Positions 56,482 through 64,000 of a stretch of DNA of 64,000 bases are shown here, piece after piece (position 1 is the first letter of the stretch; each line of letters opens with the position of its first letter). Under the pieces are notes generated by a model, which was given only the letters and a program-made list of their open reading frames with translations, was not told the DNA's origin and searched no databases. The translations under genes were made by a program, and so were the position numbers. This stretch comes from Candidatus Nanoarchaeia archaeon (GTDB lineage: Archaea; Nanobdellota; Nanobdellia; Woesearchaeales; DATDXC01), in contig DATDXC010000038.1 of assembly GCA_035289425.1 (NCBI GenBank), forward strand, positions 732-64,731, in the 5' to 3' direction.

Positions 56482-57726
56482 CTACTTCAGCTTATTAAAA
56501 TCCAACGTAGCAAAATAATCTTCCACTGTTTCTGCTCTCCTGATTAGCTGCAAGGACCCATTTTCTCTCAGCAGGATTTCTGATGACCTTAGCTTGCCAT
56601 TGTAGTTGAAGCCCATCGCATGCCCATGTGCCCCTGTGTTGTGGATTAGCATAAGATCTCCTATTTCGATTACAGGCAGTTTTCGGTCTATTGCAAACTT
56701 GTCGTTGTTTTCGCACAATGAGCCAGTAACGTCATAGACATGAATCGGCTTTTTGTCTTCTTTTCCCAATACGGTGATATGGTGATATGCACCATACATA
56801 GCAGGTCGCATTAGATTTGCCATATTAGCATCTACGCCGACATAATCTTTGTATGTATGCTTCATATGGATTACTTTTGTGACTAACCAGCCATAGGGTC
56901 CTGTTATGACTCTGCCGCATTCCATGAATATCTTTAGGGGAGCTAAGTTATTCTTTTCAATAAGGCTTTGGTACAGTTTTTGTATTCCTTTGGCTATCTT
57001 TTCATAGGAAACTGGCCTTTCTTCTGGCTTGTACGGGATGCCAATGCCCCCTCCCAAGTTTACAAATTCCAACTTTATTCCTATTTCTTTGTTTATTTCT
57101 ACCGCTAACTCAAAGAGCATCTTAGCGGTTTCTATGAAATACTCTTCCTTAAGCTCGTTAGATACAACCATGGTGTGTAGCCCGAATCTTGTCACACCTT
57201 TCTGCTTGCAAATTTTGTATGCTTCTATCAGCTGCTTCCTGGTCAAACCATACTTAGCTTCTTTTGGGTCACCTATGATTACATTCCCCTTTCTTGCTGG
57301 GCCTGGATTGTATCTAAAGCTGATCAAATCAGGCAAGCCTGCATTTTTTTCCAGGAATTCAATATGGGAAATGTCGTCAAGGTTGATGATTGATCCCAGC
57401 TCTTTGGCTTTTACATATTCTTTTGCTGGTGTATCATTGGAAGAAAACATGATATTCTCTCCTCTGATGCCTACTTTCTCTGATAATATGAGTTCAGGCA
57501 ATGAACTGCAATCTGTACCAAAGCCTTCTTCCTTGAGAATCTTCAGGATGTATGGATTAGGTAATCCTTTTACTGCAAAGAATTCCTTGAATCCAGGTAA
57601 GATAGAGAATGCTTTCTTGAATCGCCTGGCGTTTTCTCTAATCTGAGCTTCATCGTAAAGATGAAACGGTGTCGGAAATTTCTTCAATGCTTCCCTTACG
57701 GCTTTTGTCGGAATGTTTAGGTTCAT
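56482..57726 (-). CDS. lysA: Diaminopimelate decarboxylase
   Basis: 'TPFHLYD', PLP lysine 'FAVKG.PN', 'KYG', 'NLGGG', 'ECGR', 'GSLCENND', 'MGFNYNG'. Confidence 0.95.
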   Translation of the reverse strand: MNLNIPTKAVREALKKFPTPFHLYDEAQIRENARRFKKAFSILPGFKEFFAVKGLPNPYILKILKEEGFGTDCSSLPELILSEKVGIRGENIMFSSNDTPAKEYVKAKELGSIINLDDISHIEFLEKNAGLPDLISFRYNPGPARKGNVIIGDPKEAKYGLTRKQLIEAYKICKQKGVTRFGLHTMVVSNELKEEYFIETAKMLFELAVEINKEIGIKLEFVNLGGGIGIPYKPEERPVSYEKIAKGIQKLYQSLIEKNNLAPLKIFMECGRVITGPYGWLVTKVIHMKHTYKDYVGVDANMANLMRPAMYGAYHHITVLGKEDKKPIHVYDVTGSLCENNDKFAIDRKLPVIEIGDLMLIHNTGAHGHAMGFNYNGKLRSSEILLRENGSLQLIRRAETVEDYFATLDFNKLK

Positions 57727-57772
57727 TTTTTAAATCAATATCATCAAAAATTTCTCTCCAAGAAATTTTTGG

Positions 57773-57955
57773 TTACTGCTGGGATGCCTGTTTCCCATTT
57801 ATGCCCCAATTCTTCTTGTCAATATCATAAATTATTACTGTTGTCTGGTCTTTGGGGACTCCTTGCTTTTCGAACACTTTTGTTATATCCTTGATTATCT
57901 CTGCTTTCTGGTCATCTGATCTTCCTGACCACATCTTGATTTCTACCACTGGCAT
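57773..57955 (-). CDS. 4-oxalocrotonate tautomerase-family protein
   Basis: N-terminal Pro (MPVVEI), 'GRSDDQK', 'NWGING'. Confidence 0.9.
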   Translation of the reverse strand: MPVVEIKMWSGRSDDQKAEIIKDITKVFEKQGVPKDQTTVIIYDIDKKNWGINGKQASQQ

Positions 57956-58000
57956 AGCAATCACCTCGTTAACTTACGGATGGATTCTTTATAAATTTTC

Positions 58001-58879
58001 CTACAGAAATTTCAGGTCTTTCAAAACCTGCTTTAGTTTAGCCTTATGGGCAGGTTCCATTTCACACATCGGCAGCCGGTAGACTTCCTTGCACATGCCT
58101 TTCATGGCTAACGCTGCTTTTATGGGGATAGGATTTGTTTCTATGAATTCCACTTCAAACAATGGCGCCAATTCAGCGTTTAGCTTTTCTGCTTCTTCCA
58201 TATCCCCCTCTAAAGCTGCTTTAACCATCGCTGACATCCTGTCTGGAACTATGTTAGCTGCAACTGAGATAACTCCCTGGCCGCCATTTTTGATCACTTC
58301 CAATGTGATTCCATCATCACCGGACAGCACTGAGAATCCTTCTGGCCTTTGCGCAAGGACATCTTTTATCTGGTTCATGTCCCCTGAAGCTTCCTTGACT
58401 GCAACGATATTCTTGCAGTCATTCGCCAGCTTCATCAATGTATCAGTGTTAACATTTACACCGGTCCTGCCCTTGATATTGTAGACTATGCAGGGAAAGT
58501 CTACCGCATCAGCTATGGCTTTGAAATGCAGATACAACCCTTTCTGCGTTGGCTTGTTATAGTAAGGATTCACCAGCAGGCAGCCGTCAGCGCCTGCTTC
58601 CTCTGCGTGCTTCGTCAGCCTAATAGCTTCTGCAGTTGCATTTGAGCCGGTCCCTGCTATGACCGGCACTCTTTTATTGACCTGCTTGATTGTAAGCTCA
58701 ATGACCCGGTCATGTTCATCATGATCCAATGTAGGAGATTCTCCGGTAGTCCCGCACGGTACAATCCCCGAAACATTGTTTTTTATATTGAAGTCTATCA
58801 ATCTCTTCAAAGCTGGTTCGTCAATGCTCCCATCATTATTGAATGGGGTAATTATTGCTGTGTAAACTCCTCCAACCAT
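58001..58879 (-). CDS. dapA: 4-hydroxy-tetrahydrodipicolinate synthase
   Basis: 'GTTGES', 'PYYNKP', 'YNI.GRT', 'AVKEAS', 'ETNPIP'. Confidence 0.97.
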   Translation of the reverse strand: MVGGVYTAIITPFNNDGSIDEPALKRLIDFNIKNNVSGIVPCGTTGESPTLDHDEHDRVIELTIKQVNKRVPVIAGTGSNATAEAIRLTKHAEEAGADGCLLVNPYYNKPTQKGLYLHFKAIADAVDFPCIVYNIKGRTGVNVNTDTLMKLANDCKNIVAVKEASGDMNQIKDVLAQRPEGFSVLSGDDGITLEVIKNGGQGVISVAANIVPDRMSAMVKAALEGDMEEAEKLNAELAPLFEVEFIETNPIPIKAALAMKGMCKEVYRLPMCEMEPAHKAKLKQVLKDLKFL

Positions 58880-58883
58880 GGTA

Positions 58884-59588
58884 TCACCCGATTACGTCTT
58901 TCATTAAATCTTCTATGGTAAAGAACCCATTCTTGTCAACTATCCACTCAGCGGCGATGACTGCACCTTCTGCAAATCCCTCGCGGTTTTTAGCCTCATG
59001 CTCAAGCTTGATCCTGTCTGCACCTGACTCAAAGGTGACGGTATGTGTGCCAGGGACCTCTCCTTCTCTGATGCTCTTGATATCAACATCATCTATCCTG
59101 CCTATATGTTTTTTTATGATCTCTGCAATCTTCTTTGCAGTCCCCGAAGGAGCATCTTTTTTATGAATGTGGTGGATCTCGGTCATTGCAACACCGTACG
59201 CATCAACGTTTTTCATCAGTTTTGAAATATGTTTTATCGATTCGAAAAATATATTGACACCTATCGAAAAGTTAGGGGAGTAGATAAATCCGATGTCGTT
59301 CTGCTCCACTATCCTCTTTACTTCAGCCATCTGGTCGTACCATCCGGTAGTTCCTACCACAATATCTTTCTTCAGTTCTGCTATTTTCTTAATGTTCGAT
59401 ACTGCAACTTCCGGTGCGGTGAATTCTATGCATACATCCACATCTTCCAATGCCTCTCTGGAAATCTCCTTGTGGGTTGCATCCGGAGCAGCAGGGTCTA
59501 TCTTGACTGTTACGGTGAGACCTCTCTCTACCGCAACCTTCTCAATTGTATGGCCCATCTTACCATAGCCTATTATTGCAATGTCCAT
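58884..59588 (-). CDS. dapB: 4-hydroxy-tetrahydrodipicolinate reductase
   Basis: 'GYGKMG', 'GTTG', 'NFSIG', 'EIHHIHKKDAPSGTA'. Confidence 0.95.
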   Translation of the reverse strand: MDIAIIGYGKMGHTIEKVAVERGLTVTVKIDPAAPDATHKEISREALEDVDVCIEFTAPEVAVSNIKKIAELKKDIVVGTTGWYDQMAEVKRIVEQNDIGFIYSPNFSIGVNIFFESIKHISKLMKNVDAYGVAMTEIHHIHKKDAPSGTAKKIAEIIKKHIGRIDDVDIKSIREGEVPGTHTVTFESGADRIKLEHEAKNREGFAEGAVIAAEWIVDKNGFFTIEDLMKDVIG

Positions 59589-59652
59589 ATACCTAAACCA
59601 AAAGGCTTATATATTATTTAAACGTTCTGTTCATATAGTAACAAATTGTAAA

Positions 59653-59785
59653 AATAGAGATTTGACAAACTTTTGGTGTAAAAACAACAATCTCAACAAA
59701 ATTTCCGTAGAACGGAAATTTTGGGATTTGGCGTCATGACTTGTCCAATCAGCTTTTTGTCGGGAGACAAAAAGCGCAGTCTATT
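59653..59785 (+). promoter_or_regulatory. Structured 5' leader of the ACT-domain gene (candidate cis-regulatory RNA, copy 2)
   Basis: Homologous to the asd leader; contains a GCTTTTTGTC-GGGA-GACAAAAAGC hairpin. Confidence 0.6.
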
Positions 59786-59811
59786 GGATTACAACAAAAA
59801 ATGGAATTTAA

Positions 59812-60465
59812 ATGGTAACCGTTAGCCATCTTGTAAAACATTTTATCCAGGGAAGACCTTTTTTGCAGGAAGCATTAGGCAATAAGCTCATCAGTTATGG
59901 GAATCTTGCAGAGCAGATGAAGGCTGGCATAGAGAAAGACCTGGACAAACAGGTCAAGCATTCTGCGATTGTGATGGCTTTGCGCAGGTATTCTGATGAA
60001 CTTGAGGATGAGCAGAGCAGAGTGAAGCCTTTTAACTATAAGTCTGAGATAATCATGAAGACTAATATCTGCGATATCTGCGTACTGCGAAAGCCAGGCC
60101 TGCTTACCAAGCTGAAATCTCTGTATGAAATGGTTGATTTCGACAAAGGGGATACGTTGAACATAATATTGGGCAATTTCGAAGTTAGCATAGTAACGAA
60201 CGAGAAATACAAGGACAAGGTCTTGCAGTTTTTGAAATCAGAGAAAATACTGAATAAGGAAAGCAACTTGGTTGCGTTGACTATGCGCTTCTCTGATGAT
60301 TTTATCCATACACCCGGTGTGGTCTTTTCAGTCATACGCAAGCTGGCTTGGGAGAATATCAACCTGTTTGAGATTGTGTCAACACTTTCTGAGCTGACAC
60401 TCATCTTGAAGAAGGATGATGCGATCCGGGCGTATGATACCCTGCAGAAGCTGATGGAGAGTTAA
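59812..60465 (+). CDS. ACT-domain protein with N-terminal helical/HTH-like domain (putative amino-acid-responsive regulator)
   Basis: 'LISYGNLAEQ...AIVMALRRY' and ACT 'TPGVV..V..KLAWENINLFEIVST.SEL'; divergent from dapB. Confidence 0.75.
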   Translation: MVTVSHLVKHFIQGRPFLQEALGNKLISYGNLAEQMKAGIEKDLDKQVKHSAIVMALRRYSDELEDEQSRVKPFNYKSEIIMKTNICDICVLRKPGLLTKLKSLYEMVDFDKGDTLNIILGNFEVSIVTNEKYKDKVLQFLKSEKILNKESNLVALTMRFSDDFIHTPGVVFSVIRKLAWENINLFEIVSTLSELTLILKKDDAIRAYDTLQKLMES

Positions 60466-60467
60466 TA

Positions 60468-60944
60468 TTAATATAAAGGAATTTTTAGTGCTTTTTTTTC
60501 AAGTCCACTTGGGAACGGAACAGGCCCCAATCCATTATTTCTTCTATACTGACCGTAAACTCTTCGTAGGTATCCTGTAAGGTTTCTTTGGGCAAAACTT
60601 TCTCTGACAACGGTTTCTGTCGGCACCAAGCATGCATCATCCAAAGTTGCAGTGCTTCCCTTCCTTCCGATATAAGAAATAGTTTCTGAACGAATCAGAT
60701 AAAAATCTATCCCTTCAAATAACGCCCCTTTACCGGATAAAACAGGAAACTTTGCCATATCCACATGCATTATTGCAGCATAAGCCCTTATCTTTGACTC
60801 TCCCAATGCATCTTGTTGTCCTGTTTCATACATGGAGACAGCACTTTGCGTAGCTCTAATTTGTGTTGCAATCTTAGTTTGAGATATTCTTCTTCCCTTT
60901 CTCAATCCCCGCAGATGTTTGTAAAGGGGCAGTTCTGTTGTCAT
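60468..60944 (-). CDS. XRE-family HTH protein
   Basis: 'LRGLRK...SQTKIA..I..TQSAVSMYETG'. Confidence 0.7.
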   Translation of the reverse strand: MTTELPLYKHLRGLRKGRRISQTKIATQIRATQSAVSMYETGQQDALGESKIRAYAAIMHVDMAKFPVLSGKGALFEGIDFYLIRSETISYIGRKGSTATLDDACLVPTETVVRESFAQRNLTGYLRRVYGQYRRNNGLGPVPFPSGLEKKALKIPLY

Positions 60945-60989
60945 TAATAAGTAGAGAAATATAACTCATTTATAAGCTTAACTAAAAAA

Positions 60990-61064
60990 CGGGCCCAACG
61001 AGATTCGAACTCGCGGCATCTTGCTTAAGAGGCAAGCGCTCTAACCAGGCTGAGCTATGGGCCC
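60990..61064 (-). tRNA. tRNA-Lys(CTT)
   Basis: GGGCCCATAGCTCAGCCTGGTTAGAGCG-CTTGC-CT[CTT]AA-GCAAG...GTTCGAATC...TGGGCCCG cloverleaf; no intron, no encoded CCA. Confidence 0.95.
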
Positions 61065-61102
61065 ATCAGAAGGCAGTTTTACGTTTTGTTTTATAAAACT
61101 TA

Positions 61103-61441
61103 TCACACCATCTTCAATTTTCCCGTTACCTTGTCAATCTTTTCCTCTTTGTCGGGACCAATACCTAAACAGGTTACGGTTCCTGGCTCAACTACGGTAT
61201 GACCGGCATCGGTAATCAGGGAAGTAACTAAGCCAGCATCTTCTGCATGCTGCTTGTACCTGAGCAGTTCCTCCTCATCCTCAACTTTAAGCACAATCTT
61301 CTTCTGGCCTTCTGAATGCCATCTAGAAACATCGTCCTTGTGGGATTTTATCATTGCCCCTACTGAAGCGTGCGCCACCTGCGCAGCCATCTTTCCTTTG
61401 GGGAGCTTAAGATCATGCCTTACTAAGATAACCTGTTTCAT
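61103..61441 (-). CDS. pth2: Peptidyl-tRNA hydrolase Pth2
   Basis: 'KGKMAAQVAHA', 'QKKIVLKV', 'DAGHT..EPGTVTCLGIGP'. Confidence 0.97.
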   Translation of the reverse strand: MKQVILVRHDLKLPKGKMAAQVAHASVGAMIKSHKDDVSRWHSEGQKKIVLKVEDEEELLRYKQHAEDAGLVTSLITDAGHTVVEPGTVTCLGIGPDKEEKIDKVTGKLKMV

Positions 61442-61514
61442 AAAACGTCCTTTTTTCCCTGTTTATTTAAACTTTACCAAAACATATTTATAGTACTCAG
61501 GTTGAGGATTGGAT

Positions 61515-63155
61515 ATGGCCATGCCGGGTTTTGAGCGGAGAATTTCTGAGTATGAACAGCTGGCTGAAGCGTTGGAGCAAAAAAGATTTACTGCTCTTGA
61601 GGAACTCCGCGTGAGGAATTTCGCTACTGACTCAATTAAAGCTGTTATCGGGGAGGAACTCCATCTTGTTGAGGACATTCGATTAGAGGTTAAGCAATTA
61701 TACAGAGTTCTCGAAGCTCGCATTACCGAGCGTTCACACCGGGATCTGGATTCTCCTGCTATGCTGCATTTGAGCACTTACTTGTTGGCATTGCGGGATT
61801 TGCTCAGGCAGCTTAGGGATGTACTGCGTTCTGAACTCGTATTGCTTACTCATGGGCACATAGGGTATTTCTGGGAGCTTTTACCTAATGAGGAAACTAT
61901 CAGGAAGGCGATCATCAGCAAAGTGGCAAGCAAAGAATACGCAATCCGCAAACATGGACTTGAAATAGGACATGAACAAAGAATGCTGAATGTCATAACA
62001 CGCTACCGGGCGCCACTCTCTTTTGCAGTTGCCTTCCTATTAATCCTGTTCTCATCGACCAATTCGCTTGGTCAAAATGAGTACATAACAAGAAGTGGAG
62101 ATACTTTGTCTGGCCTGGGCAGGAAGTTTAATGTAGCCTATGAGCTAATAGCTCGAGAAAACAATCTTGATCCCCAAGGTATTTTACCGACCGGTATAGT
62201 ATTAAAGATACCCAAAGCTGGCGATAAGCCACCTATCCAGCGGACTAAGGCATGGTATGAGGTACATAAGGGAGATACCTTATACGGAATTGCCCAACGA
62301 TTTAGCATGACTGTCGATGAATTGAAGCAGATTAACAGTATTCGAGGAGATACTATCTTAGTTGGACAGAGGATTTACGTATTGGTTGCCGAACCTGTTG
62401 CACAAGCTGCTCCACCGCAGCCTCCTGTTCGGCAAGGCAATCCAGCTAAGCTACAGTTTCATTCGGTTGCGAAGGGAGACACCTTTAACAGCATAGCCTC
62501 CCATTATGGTATACCTCCCCAGCTTTTAGCTTCATTAAATCCAGGCATAACTGATTATACAAATCTCCTCTTGTTTACACGGATAAAAGTGCCAGATATC
62601 GGTGAACGGCCTCAGGTTGATGCATTCACCTGGCCGGGAGTTGATCGGATACATCTGACTGGAGGATGGCATGTAGCTGGTTCAAATGGTTCCATCAGGA
62701 ATATCCTCTATCATCTGTCTGATTCAGTATCATCAACCAATGGGCCAGGTGGAGAGCAGGAATTCTTCTTAGCAAACAACCCAAAAAGTTCTCATTATTT
62801 CATCTACATGGATGGAGAGGTTGTGCAGATCGTGAAGGAAAATATGGTGGCGAACCACTGCGCTGGCCATAATAGGGGCTCTATCGGCATTGAATGCGAA
62901 GGGAGGCTGACTGATGCTGAGGGAGGCGAGGTAACTTTAACGCCTATCCAGAGAAAAAAACTGGAAGAGTTGATTGCATACCTCCAGCAGAAGTATGGTG
63001 TGGATCCAAGCAATATCCTGCCCCATCACCATTTCAATAAAAATAAGGCGTGTCCTGGAAAGGCGAACATCCAATTAGTCAGTTCTGACCTTGACCAAAT
63101 GTATCCCCGTAGACTTCTTTATCCTCAGATAGCTAAAAATGTACCTTTTCAGTAG
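61515..63155 (+). CDS. Membrane-anchored LysM x3 plus N-acetylmuramoyl-L-alanine amidase (Amidase_2) protein
   Basis: Internal TM helix, three LysM repeats (GDTLS, GDTLY, GDTFN), amidase 'ILYH', 'SSHYFI..DG', 'NHCAGHN..SIGIE', 'PHH...KACPG'. Confidence 0.85.
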   Translation: MAMPGFERRISEYEQLAEALEQKRFTALEELRVRNFATDSIKAVIGEELHLVEDIRLEVKQLYRVLEARITERSHRDLDSPAMLHLSTYLLALRDLLRQLRDVLRSELVLLTHGHIGYFWELLPNEETIRKAIISKVASKEYAIRKHGLEIGHEQRMLNVITRYRAPLSFAVAFLLILFSSTNSLGQNEYITRSGDTLSGLGRKFNVAYELIARENNLDPQGILPTGIVLKIPKAGDKPPIQRTKAWYEVHKGDTLYGIAQRFSMTVDELKQINSIRGDTILVGQRIYVLVAEPVAQAAPPQPPVRQGNPAKLQFHSVAKGDTFNSIASHYGIPPQLLASLNPGITDYTNLLLFTRIKVPDIGERPQVDAFTWPGVDRIHLTGGWHVAGSNGSIRNILYHLSDSVSSTNGPGGEQEFFLANNPKSSHYFIYMDGEVVQIVKENMVANHCAGHNRGSIGIECEGRLTDAEGGEVTLTPIQRKKLEELIAYLQQKYGVDPSNILPHHHFNKNKACPGKANIQLVSSDLDQMYPRRLLYPQIAKNVPFQ

Positions 63156-63377
63156 TAAAAAATAGAAACATTTATATACTAGATATGTGCTACTATATGG
63201 TAGTAAAGAGATATTCTCTTTGCCCAGGTTAATAATCCCCCTCTTTGATTTTTCTCCTGGGCTTTTTTCTTCTATACACTGTTTCTTGTTAATGTGCGCC
63301 ATTGTTGTTGATTAAGTCCGCCTATACCTTGTCTGATTCAAGTAAGTTATTTAAATGAAGCCATTTTCTTCCATAGC

Positions 63378-64000
63378 ATGATCAAAGCGATTCTTTTCGA
63401 CTTGGACAACACTCTCATCGATTTCATGAAGATGAAGAAACTAAGTTGTGAGGCTGCAATCGACTCTATGATCGATGCAGGTCTTCACGTGAAGAAGGAT
63501 GCTGCTCTTAAGATCCTTTTTGAGTTGTATGACGAGCATGGTATGGAAGATCCCAAGATATTCCAGAAATTTCTGATCAAGGTAATCGGCAAGGTCGATT
63601 ACCGGATCTTAGCTTACGGGGTTGTAGCATATCGGAAGATGCGGACTGGGTTTTTGGAACCATACCCCCATACCCAATATACCCTTCTCCAGCTGAAGGG
63701 CAAAGGACTGAAGTTAGGCATTGTTACGGATGCGCCAAGGCTCAAGGCATGGTTACGTCTCGCTTCGATGAAGATAGCTGACTTCTTTGACGTTGTTGTT
63801 ACTTATGAGGATACTGGTAGACTAAAGCCCCATAGGCTGCCTTTTATGGCTGCACTTAAGAAACTGAATGTCCAGCCAGAAGAGTGCCTGATGGTAGGGG
63901 ACATGCCTCAGCGGGACATCAAAGGGGCACAAGAGCTTGGAATCAAGACCTGCTTTGCACGATATGGGAATACCCGCGGCCAGGAAACCGAAGCTGATAT
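63378..64000 (+). CDS. HAD-superfamily hydrolase, 3' end outside the window
   Basis: MIKAILFDLDNTL (DxD), 'IVTD', 'KP', 'MVGD..RDI.GA'. Not in the supplied ORF track. Confidence 0.9.
   Translation, partial: MIKAILFDLDNTLIDFMKMKKLSCEAAIDSMIDAGLHVKKDAALKILFELYDEHGMEDPKIFQKFLIKVIGKVDYRILAYGVVAYRKMRTGFLEPYPHTQYTLLQLKGKGLKLGIVTDAPRLKAWLRLASMKIADFFDVVVTYEDTGRLKPHRLPFMAALKKLNVQPEECLMVGDMPQRDIKGAQELGIKTCFARYGNTRGQETEAD

Noticed and set aside
60468..61064. Integrated element at tRNA-Lys
   Set aside because: An XRE gene lies downstream of the tRNA, but no integrase or duplicated tRNA 3' end was seen in the window.
1..64000. CRISPR array or rRNA genes
   Set aside because: No regularly spaced direct repeats, cas genes or rRNA-like stretches were seen.

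Overview
Archaeal chromosomal DNA, most likely from a DPANN lineage (Woesearchaeota-like). This assignment is inferred from the class I LysRS, Pth2, class III signal-peptide pilins, TrmB/Lrp regulators, an FtsZ2-type protein, TATA-box promoters and a tRNA-Lys(CTT) gene without encoded CCA. Contents in order: (1) a type IV pilus locus (ATPase, two GspF/TadC-type platform proteins, pilins and a 1619-aa vWA/DUF2341/LamG adhesin) carrying two small inverted-repeat elements; (2) asd; (3) a ~20-kb divergent sugar-catabolism island (AraA, XylA, a second isomerase-like TIM barrel, xylulokinase, a D-lyxose-isomerase-like cupin, Gfo/Idh/MocA enzymes, PfkB, SDRs, UxaA dehydratase, lactonase), interrupted by toxin-antitoxin pairs, pseudogenes and a complete IS66-family element; (4) aspartate-family/DAP lysine genes (hom, lysC, dapL-like, dapA, dapB, lysA), lysS, an ftsZ operon, GDH, IspH, a domain-permuted glutamate synthase, tRNA-Lys, pth2 and a membrane-anchored LysM-amidase. 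The most notable unannotated signals are a homologous, covarying multi-hairpin 5' leader shared by asd and an ACT-domain gene (candidate cis-regulatory RNA), a palindrome at identical spacing from the TATA boxes of two pentose transcription units, the FMN-before-GATase glutamate synthase, and a peptidoglycan amidase in an archaeon. All family assignments come from motif recognition by eye, not from database searches.
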